DNA of 63,110 nucleotides, the filler included, from Octopus bimaculoides (lineage: Eukaryota): assembly GCF_001194135.2 (NCBI RefSeq). It is 6 parts of 3 records of this genome, joined end to end, with 100 filler letters (N's around TTAATTAATTAA, not from the genome) between each part and the next. Parts side by side here need not be neighbours in the genome. Positions count along the whole stretch, not along the records: positions 10,291 to 40,648 come from NC_068983.1; positions 40,749 to 53,321 come from NC_068993.1; 4 more parts are not named here. The stretch is one strand, 5' to 3'. Position numbers and translations under genes: made by a program. The notes under the pieces were generated by a model, which saw nothing but the letters and a program-made list of their open reading frames with translations, was not told the DNA's origin and made no database searches. Positions 39,601-51,349 of the stretch are shown piece by piece. Each line of letters begins with the position of its first letter. The stretch's first letter is position 1.

Positions 39601-40344
39601 TCTTGGATTTATATACATTGAATATCAATGGAAACTTTTCACATACAAACACAAGAAAATATTTTACAAAAATTCTCTCAGAAGACTTGCATAAAGCAAC
39701 TCTAATTGCTACAAAATTACCTATACATTTACTCAAATAAGCTTATAAAGTAAATTATTAATATTTTTTACTAAACTTAAAATTAAATTAAGCATTCTAT
39801 AAGCACAAATCTAAAACAGTAGAAATGTGTGTAGAACTGTCTATGATTGTTGGATTAGTGCTTATAGAGTACCAAATTTAATTAAATTGAATATTTATGA
39901 TGTTTTTATATTTACTTTTACAACCATTGACTCCTATTTTCTTCCATTAACCCCTATTATACAACTTCTCTTCTAATATCCAAAATCATTTGCAATTACT
40001 TTCTTAATTATGATTAATATACCTGATTTTAACATTTTTTTATTTCTTAATTTGTAACTTCTTAATCATTAACTTTAAATTTTAATGTAAAATTTATAAT
40101 CAACATTTAAATTTATATTTTTAATTATCGAATCCACCTTCATGTATGTAGAAAGCTATAAGCAGATAGAAAGAAAGAAAGAGATATAAACAAATAGATT
40201 TCTGGATAAACAACCTGTAGATATAAGAAGAAACAGAAGAGAAAGATGTAGAAGACAGACAGATATGTCTATCTATACAAGTAGAAAGACATTATTTACA
40301 TTATCTACATTTGACGGATATTCGTCCTCATCTTGTTTGTTGTT

Positions 40345-40390
40345 AACACAACGTTTCGGCTGATATACCCTCCAGCCTTCGTCAGGTGTC
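40345..40390 (-). ncRNA. minimal type-I hammerhead ribozyme motif (core intact)
   Basis: stem I GACAC/GUGUU, core CUGACGA, extra A, stem II GGCUG/CAGCC, GAA, palindromic ACGU stem III, predicted cleavage after GUU (40350). Confidence 0.8.
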
Positions 40391-40457
40391 TTGGGGAAAT
40401 TTCGAACCTGGGTTCTCATTCCTATCGATGTTACTATTATTATTATTATTATTATTA

Positions 40458-40488
<31 letters not shown>

Positions 40489-40490
40489 CA

Positions 40491-40563
40491 GGTCACTGCC
40501 GTGAATCGAACTCGGAACCTTGGGGTTAGTAGCCCGCGCTCTTAACCACTACGCCATATGCCC
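40491..40563 (-). promoter_or_regulatory. tRNA-like Pol III module inside the PLE 3' region
   Basis: GGGCATATGGCGTAGTGGTTAAGAGCGCGGGCTACTAACCCCAAGGTTCCGAGTTCGATTCACGGCAGTGACC: A and B boxes, imperfect cloverleaf. Confidence 0.75.
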
Positions 40564-40854
40564 GTGGGCAATTATGGGGTGAATTTTAAGGCTTATAAAT
40601 CTATTATTTTTCTATCCTTCCTCAATACCGGTTCCCATATGCTATTCANNNNNNNNNNNNNNNNNNNNNNNNNNNNNNNNNNNNNNNNNNNNTTAATTAA
40701 TTAANNNNNNNNNNNNNNNNNNNNNNNNNNNNNNNNNNNNNNNNNNNNGTCATGATAGTGGTGTTGGTTGTAGTGAGTGTGATCGTGGTGATGGTAGCGG
40801 CGGCAGCGACGGCGGTGGTGGTGGTGGTGGTGGTGGTGGTGGTGGACAGACAGG

Positions 40855-41190
40855 CAAAGTAAGTCCACAGGGAAGCTCGTGATGATCTCCTTTTTCGACA
40901 GCAAGTGCATCATCTACATCCCACAGGGTTCCTTCTGGTCAAGCGGTCACCAAAGGGAGCTTTGTGGAGGTTTTGAGGGAGTTCACGAAGAGGTTTTACT
41001 GCCAGGACAATGTATCAATCCACAATTCCATCCTGGTAACCAGCTACTTGACCGAAATTGGTATCAAAACTGTCTCTCAGCCTCCCTACAACCCAGACAT
41101 TACTCCCTGTGACCTCTGGCTGTTCTCCAAGACGAAAGGCTGTCATTTTAAAGACATTGAGAAGATGGGAGGTGTGACAAGGTTCCTGGA
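40855..41190 (+). mobile_element. mariner transposase C-terminal fragment
   Basis: KSTGKLVMISFFDSKCIIY, QDNVSIHNSILV, SQPPYNPDITPCDLWLF. Confidence 0.85.
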
Positions 41191-41819
41191 TGTGTGTGTG
41201 TCTGTGTGTGAGTGTATACGTACGTATAAAAACACCGTCTCTTTTGGGTTCCACCCTAAAAGACCTCACCAACACAAAATTCTATAATATTTTTGTTGAA
41301 TTAACACCGTGTTTCTATGTTAAGTTCCGTTGTTTTGCTTCGTTACCATTTATTTATGCCTGAAGCTCGGATGCTATAAAACAAGACACTGCCATTTAAG
41401 AAAAGAATAATATTCATAATATTGTTTTTACTTTTTCTTTGCATTTATTCTACAAAGATAAGGAAATAATTGTTATTCTCCACTACCTACATAGCTATTA
41501 CTTACAGAAGTACAGTAAAGATTCTGCTTAGCATCTTGGAATAAATTGCCAGATAATAATCACACTGAAACCATTATGTTTCTAAGGAACATTTCTTTGT
41601 AATAAATTACGTTTTGGTTTATAATTCCATTTGGGAAGGGGTGAAGTTCTTATGTCACTATTTCCGTCTTGGCAGCTTTCACAATTTTAGCTATAGTGGT
41701 TTATTTTTGCAATATTCTAACCACAAAGAAACAATACAATATAAAAAATATAAATAATAATTTTATCTTTTGTCAATTTGACATTTTTCACCTTTTGACC
41801 TTTATGACCTTTTGACCTT

Positions 41820-42350
41820 TCTTAAATAATACTTATATGTTCCTCTCTCCTTTTAGCAGAAGGTGGTGTGTTATAGCAGCCATCTTGCTGGTTGTAATTA
41901 AACAATGATAACGACGTGGATTTTTCGAAGCNNNNNNNNNNNNNNNNNNNNNNNNNNNNNNNNNNNNNNNNNNNNNNNNNNNNNNNNNNNNNNNNNNNNN
42001 NNNNNNNNNNNNNNNNNNNNNNNNNNNNNNNNNNNNNNNNNNNNNNNNNNNNNNNNNNNNNNNNNNNNNNNNNNNNNNNNNNNNNNNNNNNNNNNNNNNN
42101 NNNNNNNNNNNNNNNNNNNNNNNNNNNNNNNNNNNNNNNNNNNNNNNNNNNNNNNNNNATGAGAACCTCTGATGATATAAGCAATCTACTTTCTCGTCAC
42201 AAAAAAGAACCATTTTGAATCGAATTGTAACGTGATGAGAAATGGATCCAATACAACAACCATAAACGTTCAGCACAATGGCTGGACAAAGACGATCCAC
42301 CAAAACACAGTCCAAAAAGCAAAATTTATCAAAAGAAGCTGATGGTGTAT
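41820..42350 (+). mobile_element. mariner (Hsmar1/Mos1-like) 5' fragment spanning a gap
   Basis: LLSRHKKEPF..RIVT-DEKWIQYNNHKRSAQWLDKDDPPKHSPKSKIYQKKLMV. Confidence 0.85.
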
Positions 42351-42354
42351 GCTT

Positions 42355-42535
42355 TGTGGCATTTCGTCCGTCTCACATTCCAAGTTCAAATTCTGCCGAG
42401 GTCGACTTTGCCTTTCATCCTTTCGGGGTCGATTAAATAAGTACCAGTTGAACAATGGAGTCGATCTAATCGACTTACCTCCGCCTTATTTTTATTCTTC
42501 TTCTTTTGGCCCTGTGCCAAAATATGAAATCAATA
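42355..42535 (+). mobile_element. SINE family A (CpG retained)
   Basis: GCCGAGGTCGACTTTGCCTTTCATCCTTTCGGGGTCGA. Confidence 0.85.
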
Positions 42536-42699
42536 ACCAGCCAATATATTCGACGAAGTTAAATACGAGTAGTTTAGCATTCGTAATTATAAGTTTGTTG
42601 TCAACTAAGATTAAATCACAATTTTCATTGTACTATAAAATGTGCTGAGGGCAAAACATTTGATGTCAAATAAGTCAGCATCGAATCAACGATGAAGAA

Positions 42700-42910
42700 A
42701 AGGCGGGAACAAAACAACGGAAACAAAATGGCGGTATGAAAGTGTTTTATACTCAATTAAGAAAAGACAAGATTCTTTTTTTCTTTTTTCAAAGCATTTC
42801 AATATATAATGGCAAGAAAATGGCGTCAAAAATCTTCGTTCCATCAATGTTTTGTCAGAGTTGAAGAAGCCATTATTAACAATCATGCACAACACTGCTG
42901 AACCAATGAC
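42700..42910. promoter_or_regulatory. possible promoter region
   Basis: two AAAATGGCG YY1-like motifs (about 42725 and 42818) and AACCAATGAC (about 42901) in non-repetitive CpG-containing sequence; motifs are short. Confidence 0.25.
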
Positions 42911-43145
42911 ATAGCGTCAATAGGGTCAATCACCTTGCTAGAAATAGCAAACGAATCTACTCTAGATCATACCATGTATTATCATAAAAAAAGGTTGGGT
43001 GCATTGAATAGTATATTTCTAGATACACTCGCTAATGTGCGTGCATATGCATACGTACATTCATACTCACATATAGACACACATATTTATGTTTGATATT
43101 TATATATGCATATACATATACATATATGCACACACACACACACAT

Positions 43146-43234
<89 letters not shown>

Positions 43235-43263
43235 TGGATGGATGGATGGATGGACTCTTTCTC

Positions 43264-43301
<38 letters not shown>

Positions 43302-44199
43302 AACATGTACATATATATATATGCATGTATAATATATATACCTATGTATATATTATACATATGTGTGTGCATGTATGTATGTGTGTATATATAAATGTAT
43401 ATTTGAGGGTACGTACGTATGTATGTATGTATTTATCTTTATCTAGCTATCGATCTATCTATATATGAAACATTATAACGGGTGGAAGCGATTCTTGTTA
43501 TAGATCAACTCGATTTCACTGACCTAGGGTTAAATAACAGGAACACCACAGGATCTGAAGTTCAGATTCAAAGACCGCCAAGTAGCGGCCACATAATCAG
43601 TGTCTGCTCACCAAGAATTTCACGAAAATATAGTCTCAGGTGATTAACATTTGAGGACCACAATGAAACAACTGATTGTGTGGTCTCAGATTTCCTCCGC
43701 CTTACAAATTCCCAGTACACCAACATACACAACAGTGTAGGTATCTATATGCAATGGAAACTTGTGTGTATATCTAGTTACAACAGGACAAAATGAATAT
43801 AGACAACAGGTGGTACAAGCATACGCCGCAGATAGCATCTAAAATTGACAATATAGCACAACACTGGGACATGTCTGTACACACTAATGGAGAAATGAAT
43901 GCAAACCAGTCCAGATATTATCTTAGTTAAAGACTGCTGAGAGAAAACGTGTTCGCTAATGAAAAAAGTTAATAAAATCCCAAGAGACGGAACCATCTGT
44001 CTGAAAGATTCAGAGAAATCTTCTAATTATAAGTACTTATAAATAGAAGTGGAAAGAATGTGGTGACTGGAGAACTGAAACAGTAGCAGACATGAAAAAT
44101 GTCGGTGCATTAAGACCAGTAAGAAGGTGTAAATGGACAAATATTGAAATTATTATACACAGCACGTATATGGCGTGAGACACCATTAGCATTATAGTA

Positions 44200-44242
<43 letters not shown>

Positions 44243-44339
44243 GTGTATGTATTTATGTATGTATGTATGGATGGATGGATGGATGGATGGATGTATGTAT
44301 TAGAAGCAGCGCTAGTGTTGTAAATATTATCGACCGCAC

Positions 44340-44640
44340 ATACTCAATGTACGTGTGATTTAGCTTGTTCGCCGGTAGGCTGCGACTGCGATGGAATGGC
44401 GATTCGGTGGGACTGGAAGGTCAGAAATTGGGGTTGATAAAGTCGTAGAAATTCCCCGACAAATACGTTTGAAGATATGGCAAGGAGCTGACTCCTGATG
44501 CCATGCATATGGCCTTCCGGCAGCAGCCCTCCTCAATTAGGGTTTAACTACAGTTGTTGCTGCTGCTGCTACTTTGGTTGTCGCTGTTTCTTGGCTGATG
44601 TCGTTTTTGCTGCTGCTGCTGCTGCTGCTACTACTGTTGT
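44340..44640 (+). mobile_element. RTE-like LINE 3' end with (TTG/CTG)n tail
   Basis: GRLRLRW..LGL (GRPxxRW-like) followed by a trinucleotide microsatellite. Confidence 0.45.
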
Positions 44641-45144
44641 TGCTTTCATACCCAAGTCAGCAAATATATGACCAAGATGATCCCAGCCATGAGTATTACA
44701 TTATTTATATTCATTGTGTACCTCGGACTACATTTTCCCAAGTGTTAAATGTATTAAGGAAACACTAGGGTTTAGTTTTAATCTTCTATTAATCATATAA
44801 ACCCTTACACAGCCGGGCCGTCGGAGACGAAACCGGCAACTCTTTTCCGAGGTTTCACTCCGGTGTGTCCTTGAAAATACTTATATACAAGGGCTAATGA
44901 ACTCAACAAGGTGTTGACCCCCATCCGTCAAGCCTAAACAGGAAGGGGCCCCCATTTAAGGCATTTAAATTCAACATTGCTCACTCTCCTGGCAACCTCA
45001 GCACTCGAATGTCTCTCTCAAACGTACTGGTCTTGCTACTGGTCTTACCATTCCTCTGATCCAAGGAAATCCGAGCGAGAGAAGCTCTTGATAAATGCAA
45101 CGATCACCTAAAGTGGTTTAAATCAGTCCTGACTAATATCGGTC

Positions 45145-45345
45145 TCAAATTTTGGCACAAAACCAGAAGTTTCAGGAGAGGAGAAAAGTTGATTACATCG
45201 ACTCTAATGTTCATCTGGTACTTATTTTATCGATTCGAAAGGACGAATGGCAAAGTCTACCTCGGCGGTATTTGAACTCAAAACCTTAAGACGGACAAAA
45301 GGCCTCTAAGCATTTTGCCCGTCGTGTTAACGATACTGCCAGCTC
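45145..45345 (-). mobile_element. SINE family A (CpG retained)
   Basis: reverse-complement family A motifs. Confidence 0.8.
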
Positions 45346-45919
45346 GCCTCGTACAGTTTTCGCACTGTCAGAAGCGGGACAGAGGACATTACATAATGAG
45401 GTTTCAGTGAGACTTTACAGGTATTCTTTGCAAGTCGAGCCACGGCGTAGAGTCTACTTCAATGGCTTCATTAATCCTGTTGCGAAATTAATTTCTAAAG
45501 ACTTTATTATAATATAGATACCTTGATATAATTAGATAAGGTCGAAAGGTCATCAACGAAGTTGAAATCTTAAAAAAGGAATCGTTTGTACCAAAATAAA
45601 CTATGGGTGGTGCGTTTGATATTAATCTGGTTGGTCTTTATTGAAAAAGCCTGGAGATGTTCTCTTAGTTTAAAAAAACACTAACTCTCTAACATATGCT
45701 TTTCTCACCTGTGAAAATTGACAGGTGCCAACATGTGATATATGACGGTATAAAAAAAAGAAGAAACAGCAGAAAATGTGAAGAAAAAGTAATAACCATG
45801 GAAACAGTATTTTGCTGGCTTTTCTTTTATTTCTTTATCTTTTCAGAATGATATGACGAGATAAACATCTTTAGATAAGTAAATCAGGGAGCGGAGTTCG
45901 TTCGAATTCAGATACTCAC

Positions 45920-46017
45920 CTTTAAAATGAAGGACACTAGCGATTAAGTTTCATGCTTAATTGTCCTATAAAGTGTGAGGTCATTGATGTCGATATTTCA
46001 GCTTGGCTGATTTTATG
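45920..46017 (-). other. candidate non-coding exon
   Basis: TCCTTGTCTTTTCAG acceptor and AAG|GTGAGT consensus donor; stops in all three frames. Confidence 0.35.
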
Positions 46018-46088
46018 CTGAAAAGACAAGGATAAGAGTTCCAAAGAATCTGAAGTTCTATGGAAAAAGAACTGAAAGATGTCTTTAA

Positions 46089-46288
46089 CAGGGGGGGGGC
46101 GTATATTCCGAGTGTGCTAGGTATGCGTTGTACACCCATCGAAAATGGCAAATTCGTTATAAATATTGACCTTACTCTTTAATTTAATCGCAAATCTTAA
46201 TGGAAAACTTTTGTTACATCCTTGCTTGAAATTTTGTGACATTGGGTTTTGGCAGCACACCCACTACAACAGCCACCGTACGACACTG
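46089..46288. mobile_element. hAT-type MITE
   Basis: CAG..CTG ends; near-match 8-bp flanks GTCTTTAA/GTATTTAG; body shared with about 54090-54247. Confidence 0.55.
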
Positions 46289-46604
46289 GTATTTAGTACA
46301 GGTTTTGGAAAATGCGTGTACGACACGGAAGTGGGTTTGAGTAAAGGAAGTGAGTTTAATTTATAGAAGGAATATGGCAAAATCTGGAAACCAAATAAGA
46401 AACTGGTGTGAGTATAGGTGGGTGAAAATGATTCCGTAACAGAGGTCATAGAAGAATTTGCCAAATAGATTTGTCGCTGAGGAATGAAAGAATCTAACGT
46501 TTCAAAAATTGGTGTATAGAAGGATTAGGGGTGTTAGAGTGATTAGAAGATATGTAGATTAGTGCTTCTCAGACAATTGTTTAACTATCGCCCCTTTTCT
46601 TTTG

Positions 46605-46830
46605 TGGGGGCGCGTGGCTTAGTGGTTAGTGTGTTAACCTCATGATCGAAAGATTGTGGTTTCGATTTCTGGACTGAGTAACGAGTTGTGTTCTTGAGCA
46701 AAACACTTCATTTCATCTTGCTCCAGTCCACTCAGCTGATAGAAAGGAGTAATCCTGCGGTGAATTGGCGTCCCGTCCAGATAGGGATCATATACGTCAC
46801 AGAAACCAGGAAACCTGCTTTATGAGTCAG
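46605..46830 (+). mobile_element. SINE family D
   Basis: GGCGCGTGGCTTAGTGGTTAG head, GTTTCGATT B-box, GAGCAAAACACTTCATTTC body. Confidence 0.85.
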
Positions 46831-47184
46831 CAAAGATCATCCTATCCATTTTCTTCTACTAATGTCCCCTTGAAATATTTTGTATATGTTAAATATACCA
46901 TCAAAAATTGTTGTAGTGAACAGGTTGATCGCTAATCACATGAATACAACTTGGACTATCAAAACAGCATTCCGACAACTAATTTTTACGAGAACATTCG
47001 CACACAGAATAAAACTTCAAAAGTAGTTTTCAAAACTTAAGACAAGTAAAATATGCATCTGTCAAATATGGTATGCAAATTAGTAGCCTCATTTTCAAAA
47101 ACATCGGTGCAGATAGAGACTGGTGTGAAAATCTGATAGAGTGAGGAGCTGCGAAAGAGAGAGAGAGAACAGTGTATAGAATAC

Positions 47185-47290
47185 AAGAAGAAGAAGAAGA
47201 AGAAGAAGAAGAAGAAGAAGAAGAAGAAGAAGAAGAAGAAGAAGAAGAAGAAGAAGAAGAAGAAGAAGAAGAAGAAGAAGAAGAAGAAGA
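47185..47290. repeat. (GAA)n microsatellite running into a gap
   Basis: direct; one of dozens of (TA)n, (CA)n, (GA)n, (GATA)n and (TAA)n tracts. Confidence 0.95.
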
Positions 47291-48497
47291 NNNNNNNNNN
47301 NNNNNNNNNNNNNNNNNNNNNNNNNNNNNNNNNNNNNNNNNNNNNNNNNNNNNNNNNNNNNNNNNNNNNNNNNNNNNNNNNNNNNNNNNNNNNNNNNNNN
47401 NNNNNNNNNNNNNNNNNNNNNNNNNNNNNNNNNNNNNNNNNNNNNNNNNNNNNNNNNNNNNNNNNNNNNNNNNNNNNNNNNNNNNNNNNNNNNNNNNNNN
47501 NNNNNNNNNNNNNNNNNNNNNNNNNNNNNNNNNNNNNNNNNNNNNNNNNNNNNNNNNNNNNNNNNNNNNNNNNNNNNNNNNNNNNNNNNNNNNNNNNNNN
47601 NNNNNNNNNNNNNNNNNNNNNNNNNNNNNNNNNNNNNNNNNNNNNNNNNNNNNNNNNNNNNNNNNNNNNNNNNNNNNNNNNNNNNNNNNNNNNNNNNNNN
47701 NNNNNNNNNNNNNNNNNNNNNNNNNNNNNNNNNNNNNNNNNNNNNNNNNNNNNNNNNNNNNNNNNNNNNNNNNNNNNNNNNNNNNNNNNNNNNNNNNNNN
47801 NNNNNNNNNNNNNNNNNNNNNNNNNNNNNNNNNNNNNNNNNNNNNNNNNNNNNNNNNNNNNNNNNNNNNNNNNNNNNNNNNNNNNNNNNNNNNNNNNNNN
47901 NNNNNNNNNNNNNNNNNNNNNNNNNNNNNNNNNNNNNNNNNNNNNNNNNNNNNNNNNNNNNNNNNNNNNNNNNNNNNNNNNNNNNNNNNNNNNNNNNNNN
48001 NNNNNNNNNNNNNNNNNNNNNNNNNNNGCACGCGCGCGCATATGTGTGTGTGTGGAGACGATAAAGGAACAAATGGAAAAACAGAGAAAGCAAACATAAA
48101 GTGGATGCGGACATATTCAATCCTTCATGAGTTATCGACCAAGTATCATCACAATTTCGACAGCTTCCGATAATATTGTTTAATTTGGCGGCGATGCATA
48201 CATGCACACGCAAGCTGATTAGATTGAATGTTGAAGAGACAGTGAGGATATATTCTAAGACCAATGTACAGTGCATAGAGAAATTAATTTTATGATCTGG
48301 TTCCACTATCCCGAAATATATATATATATATATATATATTTCCCCAAATTTCTATTCCAAGAAGAAAAGCAACTATGCTGGCCAATTGGTATAAGAGCAC
48401 AAGGAGGAAGTAAAGCGCATGATGAATGGAAAGCGACAAAAATAGGACTCTGGGACGAAGAAAGGATGGTGTTACACACACACGCAGACATAGATAA

Positions 48498-48558
<61 letters not shown>

Positions 48559-48592
48559 CTATGTATAAGTATATATATATATATATATATAT

Positions 48593-48631
<39 letters not shown>

Positions 48632-49177
48632 ATCAAGAAAGTGTGAGAGAGAGGCGTGAGAAATGGATTTGGAGAGGGGGGGAGGAAAGAAAGGAAATTA
48701 TGGTGTCAGAGGTGAGAAGATGAAAGCAAGATGGAAAGAAAGAAGGAAGGAAGGAAAATGGTGAACGACGTGAAAGAAAAAAGAAAGAAATGCTAAAAAG
48801 GAAGCGAAACGGAGGAAAGGCGTACTTTTTGTTGTTGTTACTGCTGCTGCTGTTTTCTTTTATTATTATTTTTTTCATCTCCGGCGCTAAAAGAAAGAAA
48901 TGAAAAGAAAGTAAAAGAATGAATAATAGATGTCAAAATGTTGGCAGTTTCCCAGATTGCTTGAAAGTTGCACCTTGGTTCGAATATTCCAGATTCCTAT
49001 ACCCTGATTTGTTTTATGAGTGAGTATATGTGTATACTTTCTCAAAAAGCCAGGAATAAAGCTTATAGAATATTAGTAACAGGTAAAAACGAGAAAGAAA
49101 GAAGATTTCTTCATTTCCTACGTCACAGGAGTTCACTTAATCCTGTCTCTCACTCCCTCTTTGTAACACATTTTTAC

Positions 49178-49292
49178 CTGGCACATCTCTCATTACACGC
49201 CGCCATCGCAAGCCTCATCCTTTTCCGTTGTCGTCTGCTTGTGTTGGCCATCGGCGTTCAGCTAATGCGGAAACCATTATGACATTCTTCTG
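49178..49292 (-). other. candidate exon (non-coding or containing a uORF)
   Basis: long polypyrimidine tract with TAG/CAG tandem acceptor and CAG|GTAAAA donor; internal GCCGATGG starts MANTSRRQRKRMRLAMAACNERCA. Confidence 0.3.
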
Positions 49293-49517
49293 CTAATGAT
49301 GTTAAATATACACACAGAAAAAAAAAGAAGAGAGAGCGGCGAGTTGATGCAAACGGTAGATCACCCAATGTAAATACCTCACGGTATTTAATTTCATCCC
49401 TTCATCCTTTCCAAGTTAGGACTCCGAATCCTTCCGAAATCTCATCCCTTATTACACTCTAAAGCAGTAGCTGTTAAGCCTTTTTTCTTTTTGTAGCGTT
49501 CCACTAGTGTCCACCTA

Positions 49518-49801
49518 AGAGGCGGTTGAGGTGTTACAACTAAACTAACTTAATTCGGATGATAATTCATAAACTTTACTCTCTAGATTGTACAAACTTT
49601 TAACAGTGAGATGATGAAAAATTGATAATGACAAAAGTTGTAAATTTACTTTATACATTTCAAGTCAATGACTTACCCGTGCTTGAGATCTCATTCTATT
49701 TTAATAATTTTTACTAGTTTTATCGTGTGTTATATAATTACTACTATAGGTAAAATTTAGTATGTTAACTATGTCACCTCACGGCCTACCTCACCGCCTC
49801 T
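49518..49801. mobile_element. TA-flanked MITE (Tc1/mariner-like ends)
   Basis: TA-AGAGGCGGTTGAGG .. CCTCACCGCCTCT-TA. Confidence 0.5.
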
Positions 49802-50134
49802 TAAAGCCTAACGTCCCCTTCGACATGCCCAGCGCCTCCTTGTGGGAGTGGTACCGCTTACGTTGAGAATCTCTGTTCTAACGTCTTAAAAGAAAAAAAA
49901 TGTAGAAATGACTCATTATATAATGCAGTCCCAGATAAGCTGGGACTACATTAAGATGGGATGGTGATAGGTGAGACGCCTCTGCTCGATTCAAGGTTGC
50001 GCTGAGATTAAACAAGCACAAGAACCACAGCAGAAAGAAGCAACTACAACTTGCGGGATTTAGTTCCATCCCTCGCTGAGTCACGAATTCAAATCCTGTC
50101 AGAATTGGATATTTCTTTTATATTCCTCCGAAGG

Positions 50135-50380
50135 TGAAGGCACCTGGCCTAGTAGTTAGTGTCTCACAATCACAAGATCGTAGTTTCGATTCCCGGACGA
50201 AGTGAGGAGTTTTGTTCTTGAACAAAACACTTCATTAGATGTTGGCCCAGTCCACTCAGCTGCAAATAGGTAACCGTGCAACGGACTGGTGTCCAGTTCA
50301 AGGAAAATGTGATTTCGGTCACTTATAAGCCATATGGAAACCAGATAACTAACCTTATGAGTCCTAGGACTCAAGACAGT
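50135..50380 (+). mobile_element. SINE family D
   Basis: TGAAGGCACCTGGCCTAGTAGTTAG head, GTTTCGATTCCC B-box. Confidence 0.8.
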
Positions 50381-50679
50381 AATATCTAAGGGTCTACTGA
50401 CTTTTCCTCCGGGGCCAATAAAAATATAGGCATTGAATCTTGATTTAGTCCATTAATCCAAGCTTGTGAAAGGAAAACTTGGCACTATAGGCCAACATAA
50501 CTAAATTCAATATTTTGAGAGTTTGAATTCGGTGAATGTCGTATGGACAAGAGTAAAACTTCCAACAAATCAAGGCAACTGTATGTGTGGTTTCAACCAC
50601 AGTAACCCCACTTATGTTAGGGAGGAGATATGGGGCTTTGTGGATTCATTAAAACATACAAAACTGGAACCCGGTCGGT

Positions 50680-50980
50680 TAAGACGACGAGTGTTCTACT
50701 TGATCCATTCAACGGTGCAGCCTGCTCCTAAAATTAACGCTTAAGTGATGGACACTTCACAGACAGGCGTATCTTTAACGTAGTTCTGAGGGTGATTCAG
50801 CAGGACACAGAATGTGACAAGGCTGGCCCTTTTGAATTACAGGTACAACTCATTTTTGCCAGATGAGTGGACTGGAGCAACTTGAAATAAAGAGTCTGGC
50901 TCGAGGACACGACATGCCGCTAAAGATCGAACTCACGAACGTGAGTCGAATACTCTAACCACTAAGTTACGCGCCTTCAC
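50680..50980 (-). mobile_element. SINE family D with a family C-like 3' tail
   Basis: reverse-complement head at about 50980; tail GTGACAAGGCTGG..ACAGGTACAAC shared with 9185-9576. Confidence 0.75.
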
Positions 50981-51349
50981 TATAAAAGAACAATAACCGA
51001 ATGCACTAAACATATACAGAACAACGGTAATCACTGACAGATAGAAACTGCAGCCCGGTTTCGACTTCCGGTTACATCATTTTTTTTCTCTGAAGTTATT
51101 AATGTTCTAAGAGCATTATGAAAGTCTCGACATTCTAATGTTTCCTGAAATATTTTTATTGGGTCTCGTCAAGAACGATTTATCGTAAAAAGGTAGAAAA
51201 GATGGAGTAAATGTTACAGTAAGCTTCCAATGAGTCCAGTTCTCCGATACAGTTTCGAATCCTTTGGTTGCTTTCACTTCAAATAATTTGCCACAATTCT
51301 TGAAGAATGACATGAACAACACAAGTTCCTAATTCTTCTGTCTCCTAGA

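Larger units (their letters stand above)
40300..40648 (-). mobile_element. 3' end / pseudo-LTR of the same PLE family as 35530
   Basis: ORF end SIWEPVLRKDRKIIDL* (stop 40593-40595), then tRNA-like module, (AAT)n and hammerhead; collinear with 35530-35810; upstream part lies in a gap. Confidence 0.9.

Noticed and set aside
40491-40563. Possible functional tRNA gene (anticodon loop CU-ACU-AA)
   Set aside because: It has mismatched acceptor and anticodon stems, no downstream T-run terminator, and sits within a transposon; treated as a tRNA-derived module.
43778-43996. 72-aa ORF with a signal-peptide-like start (MVPSLGILLTFF)
   Set aside because: No recognisable domain or convincing splice context; expected by chance in T-rich sequence.
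44800-44960. GC-rich, structured-looking segment considered as an HDV-like ribozyme or LINE 5' UTR
   Set aside because: I could not assign the nested double-pseudoknot pairings by eye.
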